64,000 nt of DNA. Origin: Zygnema circumcarinatum SAG 698-1b (taxonomy: Eukaryota; Plantae; Zygnematophyceae). A program made the translations under genes and the position numbers. Below the pieces are notes generated by a model. That model was not told where the DNA came from and searched no databases. It saw nothing but the letters and a program-made list of their open reading frames with translations. Positions 37,301 through 53,213 of this stretch are shown here, in pieces (position 1 is the stretch's first letter; each line of letters starts with the position of its first letter). Where the stretch lies: NCBI GenBank assembly GCA_037447605.1, contig CM074817.1:310001-374000 (forward strand), read 5' to 3'.

Positions 37301-40300
37301 CCTTGTGAGCAGGATCATCATAATATCTGCCATCACACACGCACAGAGAGAATGAGTGGGTGTGTGAAAGAGAGAGAATATGAGAGAGAGAGAGAGAGGG
37401 AGAGAGAGAGAGAGAGAGAGAGAGACTCTGCATAGTATGGGAAATAGAAGCCACTCACTCGCGGTCAAAAAAGTATGAAGCGGCCACAATGAGTTCATCC
37501 TTTCCATCATTGTCGATATCGGCGACGACCTGAGATGCAGCAAAAAGAGATGAGAACTTTTGGCATTGTTGTATTTACGGTACTTGGGAGGCAGGGAGAT
37601 AGATGACAACCTGGAGATTTAGAGAAAAGGGAGCAAACATAGGAACCAAATGAAACATTTAACTGACCGGAGTGCAGAGAATGTGCGAGTCGACTCCGAC
37701 AAATTCATCCTCGTTTTCATGCTCCGTTTCTGTCCAGTCTTCATCTGCCCACAAGTCGTCCTTCACCTCATCATCATAGTCATACTGATACTCGTCCTGC
37801 AGCCCAGGCTCAAAATTATCCTCCTCTTCATTGAACACGTCAAAGGAGTCCGCTCCATCCTCATCCAAATCTCCGTCAGACTCCACCGTCGCTTCCTGCA
37901 ACACATAAACGCATGGCTTAACCAAGTATCCTTTTGCAGGATGTCTGTGAAAATATTTCCCACTGCGTGAAACTTATTATTTCAAATTTTGCTCTCTGCA
38001 TTGTTGCAACTGTGTTTCGCTGCTTGAAGCTATTCTTAACCAACCCCTCCCACCCCTCCCTCCCTTCCTCCCTCCCTCCCTCCCTCCTCACCTGCAGCAG
38101 CCGCCTGCGTGGCCCTTCTTCCTTTTTTGCCTCTCCTTCTGCAGCCGTAATCCCAAGCTTCCCTTTCCATGCCAAAAACTGCTCCCACTTCTCCTTCTGA
38201 TCAGCTGTCATGGTCTCATTCTTAGAGAGCATCTGCGCATGCCATGTATCCCAAGATTCCTTATGCGCCTTCTCCTCTGCAGTCAATACCCGGACAGGAG
38301 GAGAGGTCTGTCCTACCCCTCCTTCTGAGTTGGTCGACTCCGGAGTGGTCTGAGTTGTCACAACAGACTGGGCAGTTTCCTGCTGTTTAGGGATCTCTAC
38401 TGCAGATTGTTGACCACTTTCGCTTCCCCCTGTTGCAGGGGCAGTTTCTAAGGGCACAACTTGGGGAGACTCGCCCACAGCTGTTCCATGGCCTGCCGCG
38501 GAGCAAGCAACATCTGTACAGTTTTCCGTTGTGTTGACCGTCGCAGGTACAGGGATGCTTGAAGCCGGAGCGTCTTCCAAGACAGGTGAAGGTTTATGAT
38601 GAGTAGGGTCCTTGTGGTGGGGATTCGCTTCATGCCCTTTATCCTCATGCTTCTCCTTCTTCTCTCCGTGCTTTTCAGGATTCGTCTTTCCATCTGCTGC
38701 TTTCTTCTCCTCCACCACCTTTTCCGGCAAGTTGAGTATATGGCTCTGAATCTCCGGGTCAGGCTGCACCTTCGGGTCTGCCAACCGTACAAGTAAACAG
38801 CTAGTAAAAAGACTTTTGCTTTCGCCCACTAGCAATATAGACACGTGTCAGGGTTTGGCAAAAGAGAGAAAGAGTGCAATGGTTAGGAAAACCCACTGTC
38901 ATCTTCAAGAAGCTTCGCCTTTATATCGGGATGCGAGTGGTCGACATGGTCGGGGTCGAGCCCAATGTACCACTCCTTGCGAACCCGAAGTCGGGGAACC
39001 GTCATCTTGTTAGGCAAAATTTCCCCTGAATGGCTGCTCCATGTTAAAAAAAAAAAAGTCAATAGCATACCGCAAATAGTCGCATTCACCAGCAGCGAAG
39101 CTCAAGCCATTCCCTGTCCTTTCCGACTCTCCTCCCTCTTGTCACCATTTCGCGCGTCCCCTTCCCCCTCCCACCCACACTCTCCTTCCTCCAAACATTC
39201 TCTCTCCCTGTCCGGCGAGGACGAACTTTACAACTACACTTTTTGAAAGACATTTCAAACCTTCAATGAGGTTTTCTAGTCAAGTGGAAGAAACAATTCC
39301 TCACAAAAGTACAAGCCCGCCGTACAAGCCTCTATCCTAAACCACCAACACTTAACTCGTTCATAACTGCCATCGAGCCCACTTTTCGTGGCAAGAAAGA
39401 CCTAAATGGAGTGGGGTAGGGCTTGGCAGGCGCAAAAACTCACGAAAAAGCGATTATATCTCCATTATAAGTTGCAAGAAGGATTTCAGGCAAGCCATCA
39501 TCGTCGATGTCATACAAAAAAGGACTTGTATGTGTGCTCGACTTATGGAAAGCGGGCCAGCCTGGCACAATCATCATTGAAGTTCCAGTATCTATATGAG
39601 CTTCTTGTTTTCTTGATATTCTCCAAAGGAAGCATCGTGCACATTGTGGTGTCAAGGAAAAGTTGGCACACCGTTCCCAATTCATCAAAAGGGATGAAGT
39701 CACTGTATTCGGTGAACTAGCTTTAACGAATCATTTGGCTTTATCTTCGTAAAATAACTAAATCGCGAAAGAGCTGCGAAGGAACATGGCCCTATCTGGC
39801 GAAGGCCAGTAGTGATCCTTGATATGTGAATAAGTTGTGCCAGGGAAAAAGTGACCTACCTGGAAGTTTCTCCCCATCTGCTCCTTCCAAGACCTCCAAG
39901 TAGTGCACGAATGAAGGAACCACCACCTCTGTCTTCCCATCACTGCAAGAGTGATGAAGGAGGTGACGGACGGGGCACAGTCAAAGTAAGCAAAGAGAAA
40001 TCAGTGGAAACAGGCGGGAAGTGTTGTTGGAACCGATGGGAACGATGATCATACCCGTTGATATCCGCAAGAAGGGGGGTCGAATAAATGCTTGAAGCAA
40101 CCTCTGTTTGCCATCTCAATTCCAAATGGGACGGACATTGGGACTTCTGCTTTGCCTCTTCATCCCTGTGAGTGTTCCCCAATTGAAGTCAGCAATGGAA
40201 TTGACCATAGCTATCTAGTTTGCTATTTGTCTAGGATCGCCATATAGGAAATGACCTAAGCTTAAACGCAAGCACTTGAGCTTCGAAAGTTCAGAACATT

Positions 40301-41128
40301 AGCATCATATCAAACAAGAAATATACGGAGTTCATGCATTTATCCATATAGCACTAGTCTCAACCAACTTCCGTGCATTTGCACTCTACTGGTAAATAAT
40401 TGCGGATCCTGCTATAATGTACACTTGGAAGATATTCAATTATGTTTTGTGTCTTAAAAACTACTACCTTTTACGCTTGGCTTCAGTTCGCCACAGCCTA
40501 CATGCTTAATTCTAGTCGATGAACTAACCCCATTGCTTTGAACACGAAAAATGCCGGCTGTTTAAAAAAAAATGAATACTTAAAGGCATTGCCCTAATCA
40601 TTTAGACTCTGTTTTAGGGTCTTCCAAGAAATAATCTACTCTTTAATGAGTGAAGGACGAGTTTAAATAGAACGCAAAGATTTCAGTTTCAAGTCGAGTA
40701 GAATTTACGGTCGTTACGTCCACGAACTTATTGCTATCATTTCACGCTTGAAGCAAGCCCTCTAAAAGAGGGGTGAGGGAGAAAGGAATGGATAATGAGC
40801 AGATACTTGGCCGAAAGATTTATCCTTTCAATACAGCATAGAGGATGAGAGGGCGGGAGAGTAACTGGCAAGGAAGATCTAGAGAGAGACGGCAGAGACA
40901 GGCCCCTGAAGAAGGCTTTCTTTTGATATAATGATAAAGGTGTAATCCTCCATAAACTCACAATGGAGGCAGACCATCTGTATCTGGTGCCGCCGAACGC
41001 TGCAAAAACTTATTCCCTGCCATCTGAATCTGAGAATCAGAGGCGAGAGGCTCTGAAAGCTGCGCTGCTACAGGAGCGCAGACGATGCCGAAAACGGCAA
41101 AAAATGTAAAGAGGCCAAATATCCTCAT
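34378..41128 (-). CDS. DEX1: DEFECTIVE IN EXINE FORMATION 1 homologue (signal peptide, FG-GAP/integrin-like repeats, C-terminal TM helix)
   Basis: Signal peptide [16 protein letters not shown]; [28 protein letters not shown]; [24 protein letters not shown]; [16 protein letters not shown]; RRLLQ; [13 protein letters not shown]; [17 protein letters not shown]; [11 protein letters not shown]; [11 protein letters not shown]; [24 protein letters not shown]. Confidence 0.96.
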
Positions 41129-42521
41129 CTTCTCGGAGCTGTCAAACCGCTTCGAGTCAGGCCTCATCATGTGCTGCTCTCCAAGACGAAATCCTTTCTA
41201 CCTCGTCGCGGGAAATATCCCTTGGCTGAAATGCTTCAGAGTGCATAGAAATGCATGTGCTTGAAGCGAGAAAAGAGAAGGAGTGAGCCGCACGACGCCA
41301 TGATTGGCGCTGCCATGGGGTGGGGGGGACTGAACAAGAAGCCGGTAGTGGTTGGTCACTCAGCATTTCAGCATGGCGACCAAAAGGAAGGGCGAGAGTC
41401 CGTACTATACTGAGATATGAGACGATATATCGTGTGAGAACTGAGACGGAGAGCGTCGAAGCTATTGCGGGTACTGGGACATCACGGAATGTGGGAGACA
41501 AGGAACTTCTAGCGCTAAACATGGGCATTCACATGTTTCAAAGGGACTGACTGATTTGGGGAGTATGGTATGTGCATTTGAGGTCAATGCCAATTGCAAT
41601 TCCCTTCAATTCACTTTCATAGCTCATAAGCTCGTAGCTCATGATCAAGGTGTAGCTCTCAACACATCTCTGTCAGCTTTGCACCGTCAGAGCTATGGTC
41701 ATGATGGTGTTCATCGTCAAAGGTGACATGGGTTCACAGGCACAGAAGACCCGTCCACCGGGCTCTGAATCTTGTAACCATGACGCGGCCACAGACACAG
41801 TGGCAACGGGATCAGGGAGGTGATGGACGTGGCTACGGGAAAGGGTGTTAGCAGCGCATGTAATTGTCGCATGCTAAATGATTTGCGACGAACAGATGCA
41901 GACAGATCGATTTGCGTGGGGGGAGTTTATGCGCTAATGTGATACATCGCAACCGTGATCGCAGCACTTGCGTTCTAGTACATGGGTGGGCACCGTCGAG
42001 GCATGATCGATGGGGTTCACACGGAAAAGCGCAACGCCATAGATTTGAAGTTCAGGATAGCACAAGTTGCATACTGCAACACAAATAGCTGCTGCTCTTG
42101 ATTCAACATATTCGTCGGACGCATGCCGTTTAATCAAACCAGCCGTGAGGAAAGTTGAACGACGAAGTGTACATAAATCATTCCTTCAAAAAGAAACCGG
42201 ACATTGGGATACACACTTGCATGCTCCCACAAAACCCGCCAACAAGCTTTCCACCACCGAAACCCTAAATCGTAACGCAGTGCCAACCAGAAATCACCTC
42301 AGGCTCCCATTAACTTACGGGCACTCGGGCACTCGCTCGTGCCCCAGCTTAAACAAAAAAGTTCCAACTTCAAGCCACCTCACTGTAGCAAAGGGCTTCA
42401 AAGCTCCGGTTCTCCATCCGCAGTTGAAGCCATTCACTCCCACGTGCCTGCACCCTACTATACGTCTGACCTCAAATCGAAAGGGGCAATGATACAAACC
42501 TGCTTAGGATTGTACCTTCAT

Positions 42522-45500
42522 CTACAATATGATCTCCTCGCGCACACTTCCTCCAAGGGACTTGTGGGGAAGCACTATGCAGTTCACCACCACCACCTCA
42601 TCGTCGACCGTCACATCCTCTCCTGGAGCGCCACAACAACATCAAATGTTACTTTCAAACACATTGGGCATGACACATAAAAGGACTGTTGTCAAAAAAA
42701 CACATCCAAAAAATGTCGAGTCCCATAGAAATGTAGGGCAAGAGTTCAACAAATTTGACAACTCAGACAGAAACCAACTGACGGGTCCTTGTTCGGATGT
42801 TCAAGAGAAAGCCATGACAGAAAAAATTCTCACCGAGAATCGAAATTCCGAGTTTGGCATTGACATCTCCAGCTCCCTGAACCGATTCCCTTCATGTAGT
42901 TAGTGTTAAGATTCATCATGCATATACAGAAGTGAATGCATGCGTACATCGGTGTTGAGGTTCCATACACGGATATCATAAAGAAACATAAATGTGAATG
43001 TGGTTCTGGACGCACATGAACCGTAATGAACTCACCTGCACACGAGCCCATCTGCCGATCTGGGACTTCCACCCTACAATAGCGTTCATTACAATCGCGT
43101 TGTCCTGCAATGTGCAAGCATCATGACGAGGTGAGAGAATAATCACCTGCAACGACTGCCCTTCTTCTGTAAACACTGACCGTTAACCTCATTAACCTTC
43201 ATAGAGAAGGCCATTGCACGGAGATCGCTGCAGAGGCTCAACAGCAATACTTCATCTATCTCCTCTACATTTCACTCTTTTCAGTTTGACCGCGTCTCAT
43301 CAATTGTCTCACTTAAGCACTAAGCAAGGTGGATGCATCATCGTCCTCAACAGAAACGAAAGCACGGCCTTTGTTACGAGTTCGACTAAAGTGGGAGAGG
43401 GACAAAAGGAGATGGCACACGAGAGGTATGTAAACCAACTAAGACAAGTGATACAGGTTAAAATAAGATACTCATGTTCACATCAGAACCTACCTTAATC
43501 TCCACTTCATCGAGAACAATGCAGCTGAGCAGGCGCACGCCAGGCCCAATACGAGCATGTGCCCCAATGGACACATTTGGGCCAATCTGCGAGGAGAACA
43601 GAAGAATGTGCAAGTATAATGTCTTAAATAGCAGCAAATCCAGCTGCGCCCAGTTCTGATACGTCTAGCTGGGAATCATCCAGCAAAGAATTTGTGCCCC
43701 ATGGAAAGACAAAAGAAACATCTCAAACCAATAATGTCAAACAATTCATACAGCGACACTGTATCTCCTACCTTTCCTTCAGTGATTCGCAGACAAACAT
43801 CCCTGAAGCTGGGTGAGTTCAAATGAATGGAATTACCTTCGCTGATGGCGACACCTTCGCTGAAGGATGCACAAATACATTGCCAACAACGGTGGGTCCA
43901 GTCTTGGCTAATAAGTCAGGATTCGTTTTGGTATATTGCGACAGATAAAGCTCTGAGCATCGAAGAGACATCCTGCCCATCCAGAGACCAACCACCCATC
44001 CCAAACTTGTCAAATGGGACAATCAGATAACAAATCTACAAATGGAATTTCAACATACAATCATTAACACAGCGCCTCACAGTCAGCCAAAAAATTCTCC
44101 ATTCCTGGACTCCCACCACCAATAGCGCAAACAATGCCAAACAAGATTAACAGTGCAGCTCAACGATGGCCGGTGTCACTCTGGCAAATCTTCCAGTACA
44201 TTCGCACATTCAGTAACTTTCTTTCGGACCTCAAACTTTCTAAAGCCGTACTACTCTAGATCCTCGTTCTCTCTTTAGAAAACGTGTTCTTTTGTCCTGC
44301 ATCTACAAATCCTCTGATCATCGTAATATTAAGGTTGTATATCCCTAAGGAAGATTCGAGGACAACTAATAAAACCAAATGCAAGCAGTTCCAGGACTTA
44401 CCCAGGTGTCTTAATCTGTTCCCAGAAGTCCTTAGTCTCATATGTAAATAGCTTCTTCTTTCCAGCGAATGGAGTCAAAATGTCTTGATCCAGCCTCACA
44501 AATCCTTCTGGGAAGGTCCTGCAAAACCAAGTCCAAATATCTTCTGATTATAAATCAGTTATGAAAATGCATAAATGATCTCATCAATAAATAGCATCCT
44601 CAGCACAATGATGATGAGGCCTACTGCAAAGTAAATACATGCTCGTTCTTTTGCTGTTACAAAGTGAAGTGAAACTCAACAGACAACAGGAAGGAAACCG
44701 CCGGTAAAGAACTAGCACAGGGAGACTTCATGATTTGACAGACTGAAAGTTCCAGAACTAGAAGAAAGGGGGCTCAAGCCTCCTGCCAAACAGGAAAAAT
44801 CAGAATAACTTCACAGACTGTAGAAGTAAAAAACTGCATAATTTTGTTATCTCATTTGAACATCTCAAACGATCATCATCAGCTTTGCCCTGCAGCCAAT
44901 GAATACTTTGCCTTGTCCATTTCGCACTTACAATTAACCACTTCGGCTGCACTTCCTACTAAAAATTAATCTAAAAAATGAAAAAATGAAACTGCGGACA
45001 GGAAGCAGACTGAGGCACAATGGCTACCACGAAACATCCACCTCAAAACATGGTTGTCACGAGGAAGCCAGACACATCCAGTATATGTAAGATTACTTTG
45101 TGGTTGATGACTGAAGCGACTCAAAACTGGATGTCCTCCGCAAAGTAGCTGCAGCAGAAAGTTCCGTTGGATGTAAGAATAAAAAAGAAAAGATTGAAGG
45201 CATGCCAGCAGTTGGATAAATCTTCCCGATAAACGGATTAACGACTATAAGGAAATTGCATATGCAGAAATCTTTCCTCAGAAATAGAGGGCAAATGAAC
45301 TACTCCCACGGCCTGAATACCTTCATACACCCAGACTACTGCCGTGTGATGTGCAAGCAGAAACTAACCAGTCTGTGTGCGGGTAGCTGACACCTCGTTG
45401 ATGGCATCGAACAGTTCTTGAGAAAAAATGTAGACTCCGCAGTTGATGCGGTCACTCACCTGCAAACATGAAGCTACAATCAGAGGCTGAACAAAGGAGG

Positions 45501-47638
45501 TACAAAGTGATAGTTTCAATCTTTCAGTTTATGTGTTGAGTGGCAGCGTGCATCTTAACTCAAAACAAGAGAAGAAAGGCCCAGAACGACAATTAACTTA
45601 CGAAGGTCTCCGGCTTTTCCGCGTAGTGGAGGAGCTCAGACGTGGCCTCATCAGCCACAAGCTCACCGAAATCGCTAGCCACATCAGGAGCGACCTGTTC
45701 AGTCATATTCAAAAGACAAGAACATAACAAGCCCAAACAAGCCAACCCATGTATCCAATTAAAGCTTAGGTATTCAAGCAAGTGCAGTAAGGTTCGACAA
45801 AAACATATAGTTTAAGCTTGCACATTCTCATGCTAGTACAGGTCAACTTCCTACCTTTTTGACTAGCAATGTTCCCATACCACCGTGAGCTTTGTGAGCC
45901 TCTGTCCCAGCCACCCATATAATGAAAGATAAGAACACATGTGAGGTTTACTAAATACAGCTAGAGTCGTCTCTGCTTCTGTGGATTGGTTTGACATCAA
46001 CGATTTGGGTGGACAAAAAGCATTCCAAGGGAAACTATTGGCTCAGTGAAGAAGGTTGTCCATGGAGGGTATACATGGTATAGCTGTAATGTATAGCTGT
46101 AATAAGCTCTGTGGCCAGAGGTTGAGGCAAAATGACTGAAACCAAGCTGAGAAAACCTATGCTACAGAAGTCGCAGTCGACCAACTGTCTGTGAAGCTGT
46201 TTGAGTGACAAGATTGATTGAACTTGCAAACGCAAAAATGTCGAGGATTATCCTATCTACAATAATTTCATCTCAACCCAGTTCATTAAGCAGATACTTC
46301 AAGATCAACATTATCTCACCAAACGAAGACGTCCTGCTAGTGGAAAGAGTAAGAAGACTTTTGAAAAGAGTAAGTAGACTCATGAAAGGAGTCAGTAGGC
46401 TCTTGAAAACAATCGATCTTGCTACATCAAACGACAGGAGATAATGAAAGGTACCCTACCAAGCATGTCACCAAGTGGGAAACTGCAGCAAACGTCGCAG
46501 TTCAGAACGAAAATGTGTTTCTGTTCCAACCCTCAACAAGTACCACTCTTGCTTGTCATAAAAAATGGCGACTCCAAACCTTTACCATCAGCTACACACT
46601 TCAGGATGCAGCACCCTATCCAATGCAGGCATTCGGATAACGGAGGACTGTGAGCACAGTGCGAGCACGGGTAACGTGAACGAGAGTCTGAAAGGTGCAA
46701 GGACTCGGCCTTCAGAACATACTGGATTGTCTTCCAATAACCGGTCCTTAAAATGGTTCAAGCCTCCAGCTGATCCATGCGACTTGTCCTCGCGAAGGTA
46801 CCTGGCAAGACATGTCTTAAAACACTGAGTACACTGATTGCAATACATTGCATTACATTTCAGTACAACTGCAAATTATTTTTGGCCACGATTATAGCGG
46901 ATCAAGGTAAAGTACGAAAGAGGCTTGCATGTCTCCTTTCGCGCAGCCACTATGCTTAAAAAATCGGGTAACATTAGTCTCCAGGTTGTGCTCATCCTGC
47001 TAGTTGATCAGTAACGATCACAAATGAGCCACAAGTACTATATCAAAGCCGAGACAAAGCGAGCCATACCTTACTGGAACTTTCAGCTCATTTGAAAGAG
47101 CCGCACAATACACGATAAATTCCTTCTCATCGTAGAAGCCGACCACGAAGATTTGCTTTAGATTGGGAATCTGAAACCACCAATGTTGATCACAATCGAA
47201 AAAAAGCTTACCGATGAACATTATCAAGAAAGAAGTGAAACTATTTACAGCAGCAAAATCAATGCCCGATACATTCAGGGATCATAGGAACTCTACACCT
47301 TTACGGTTTTCCTCCAATATACAGGCGTTGCTTCCAAGCCCATCACCACTTTGAAAACGTAACCTGTATGCAGGGAGTACCTTCTTGCAGGCATAGATCG
47401 GGTGGTTGACCATAGGCTGCCCAGCAACAGGAAAAAGAGGTTTCGGAACATAGAGAGAGAGCGGCCTGAACCGAGTTCCTGCATTGCCACCCGATCCAAA
47501 AAGCCATCAGAAAACGGAAAAACATTCAGACAGCAAGCAGGACAGTTGTCGTACTCCTTTCCCAATCCATCCTTCCCCAAAATCACCTTTGGTAGGTCCT
47601 CCAATCATGATAACCGCGATGGCACTATCCTCCGCCAT
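42522..47638 (-). CDS. GMPPA: GDP-mannose pyrophosphorylase alpha-type subunit (GMPPA / KONJAC-like), 15 exons
   Basis: [41 protein letters not shown]; [15 protein letters not shown]; [11 protein letters not shown]; [33 protein letters not shown]; VRLDQDIL; IGPNVSIG; [17 protein letters not shown]; [17 protein letters not shown]. Confidence 0.95.
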
Positions 47639-48210
47639 TGTGTCAAGATCCTGCTCGTGCAAGGCTCTAAAAGCAAGTAGTAAGATAACTACCGGTAACT
47701 ATAATATGAGATATGGACCTCAGTGCAGTCCGGAGTAAGCAGGAATGCCTGCCAGTACCTGCCTGCTAATATGAAGTTGCTGAGGATGCTGTCGCGTTAC
47801 GTCCCTTCCAAACCATGTATGGTCCGCGTACGACAGCCTGACGAAAAAAATATCAAACGGCCAGACCATACCGATAATATATCGAATGTCGCGATACGTT
47901 TTTGGTGGTGATATACGATGGGACTAAAACATTTTTCTCTGCTAGAAATCGACGGTGTACGTTCCATAAAAGCTGCCCGGCTCTGACTTTTTCTCCCGAC
48001 AGAGTTATTTCTCTGCCCGGTATTGTCGATACATCTCGATACCCACAATCTAGCAACCAGTTTGGCCGATTTGCCAAACTGAATTTGGAGTTCGTAAACT
48101 TTTGTACGGACCGTACCGTATCATCTACGCTTGGTACAGTACCGTGACGACCGTAATGAAAAGTAACGTACGATGATGTCATCTAAAGGCTAAACAAAGC
48201 GTCCCGAAAT

Positions 48211-48642
48211 TAGGGTTGGGGGCACGGGGGCACGGGCATGCCCGGGGGGGGGGCATGCCCCCCATTTTTGACCGTCCGTGCCCGGGGCACGCCTCCAAAA
48301 ATTTTCCCCATATATTTCGTGCCCCCCCGTGCCCCCTGTCACGTGACGCTTACCTCGTGCGACCGGGCCCGGGCCGGTGACGATTGTTGTGTGGAGTACT
48401 GTCCGTACTTTTCATATTTTTCGTACATTTGTACCTTTATCCGTACATTTAGTACATTCACCTGTACTTTCCGTACCTTCATCCGTACCGTTTTTAAAAT
48501 ATTTTATTCTTTTTGGGCCGATTTGAATTGCTCTATGCAGTCACGTCACGGGGCACGAAAAAGGGGCATGCCCCCCCCCCAAGGGGGGGGGGGCACGTGC
48601 CCCTGGGCACGGGTCGGAGGGGGGACCGTGCCCCCAACCCTA
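48211..48642 (-). mobile_element. hAT-superfamily MITE (432 bp), inverted relative to the 15136 copy
   Basis: Same 17-bp TIRs with a different perfect 8-bp TSD, CCCGAAAT (48203-48210, 48643-48650). Confidence 0.92.
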
Positions 48643-49729
48643 CCCGAAATACACCAATGACGTCATTGCAATAATGCATCGGGTCCAGTGCGTCCGCCGG
48701 GGCCGCGGTCGCGTCCGTTGGGGTCCATCCAAATGGTCGCCGATTGGAGGAGCCGTACCGGCACACAAAATCTTTGACTAAGAGCAAAACTGAATATTCC
48801 CTGCGATGCGAATTCCATTTACCGTCGCTCGCGCTCAAAGTACAGAACGATAATATATTTGTGACACGGGCAGAAGAAAAAAAGAAAAGAGTCACATTAT
48901 TGAGTGTACGTGGCTCGACCCCATTGGCAAAGATGGTCGACAAACCCATCCGAAATTTTTAAAGTCGAGAAGAACATTGAGCATTAGATCCTAAGAATCT
49001 AAATATCCGGTTCAATGTGGCTCTGTTTCATTGTGTCACGCACTACGGAACTGGAACTTGGGTCAACAGTTGAACTCATGGGTTGCTGGCGTGGACTCGT
49101 CCACAGCGACAATTCGACGACCGTTCACACTGCTCATTTTTCCAGGAGTAGGGTACAAGAGGGGGACCGGTCACCGGTTCCTGATTGTGAGTGTCATTTG
49201 TAGCCACGACTAAATAAAGGAGGGGAAGCATTCTTACCATTGACTAACCTAGAGGGAATTTCTTAGCCATATACTAATGCTTATAAAGTGATCCTGTTCT
49301 TTTCGGGCACGATAGATGACTAACCACACAAAAATGTGGATGGATCGGTTTTGTGATATCATCGGACTCTGAATCACATTTAGTCACTTGCATAAGTTCC
49401 ACAAACTGAAGATCTCCTCACTCTAACTTCCGCTACCGATAAAACCAACCGAAAAATTACAACATTTCAAAAAATTATCACAGAAATCCATTCAAGGTAC
49501 AAATGAACACTGAAGCAGCAAGAATCCCTAATCCTAACCGGAGAAAGTGGTCATAGCTGTAGGCTACAGAAGAAGAAATAGCCCTTTATCCCTAAACGCA
49601 GGCATTGGTTGCCAGTCAAAGAACGGATGGACCACCCAACACAAAATGAACCAAAAAATTCACCTTTATAAAAAAATCAAATAACTGGCCATTCCCCGGC
49701 CCTCTGCCTCTCCCAGGTCATGCGTCTTC

Positions 49730-52248
<2,519 letters not shown>

Positions 52249-53213
52249 TTCTCCTTCCCTTATGGGACCGACCCTCCAAGAATCTAAAAGTCCGACGCAA
52301 ATTCAAAAATATTCTCAATTCTCTGCTTATCCAATCCAGATATCAAGCCGAAATCCTCCAGAAATCGATCGATCAAGAGGCGGTCGTTCGCGTCCCTGTC
52401 TGTTCAGAAAGCAGGTGCTATCAAAAGTGGAAGGGAGACTTCCAAACAGGAGGGCGCAGGATCCGGTTCCGCCAGCACCGTGTGAACGCGTCTCCCAGTC
52501 GTCGTTGTCTCGCTGTGAGGGTGGGTGGTCCCATTGAACTATAGAAGGTACGCTATTTTTTGAAGCGAATCGAGGCCTACCACGTGTCCGAGATTGATTA
52601 CATGGCATGCTGTGATAAGTCAGTCTTGAAAAATGGAGTTCCCCCCGGGAGCAAACCATCCACAAAATAAAGCGTCCGTACAGACGCCGTATTCCTCTCG
52701 CGCGTGCGAGACGAGATCCTTCACAACTGAAGCAGAAAATAAGGGCCTTCGATTGGAAGAGTTCATCCAATGGAAACAAGACACGTGCAAAAAATGTACA
52801 CACGGCGAGTCGCCATTGGATGTGATCGATTATGGGTTTGCAATGGGAAGCCCTAGCGCCGCCTTCGGGCAGAAGTAAACGTTTTATCCCCTGCCCGGAG
52901 CGGGGAGAGGCGATCTGCGACAGATCCCGCGTCGTTTTCGGCCATCGAGGAAGCGGGCGGGCCTGCTCTCAGGAGACACGTGGCGCGCTCTGAGTAGCGG
53001 AATGCGCCTTCGCTTTGCCTACATGGCTTGATGACGCAACTACGTGACGCCATCGACAGTCGGTCTTGCAAACATTGCACATGCTTGAAATTATTTACAA
53101 ATGTGGTCTCCGATTGTTTTTTTTTTTTTTTTTTTGAGAGGCGGTTATTTCAGGTGGCTTTTTCTCTCTCGTGGTGATTTGTGGGCTCGGAAATGAAGTG
53201 GGCTTTGAAGAAG

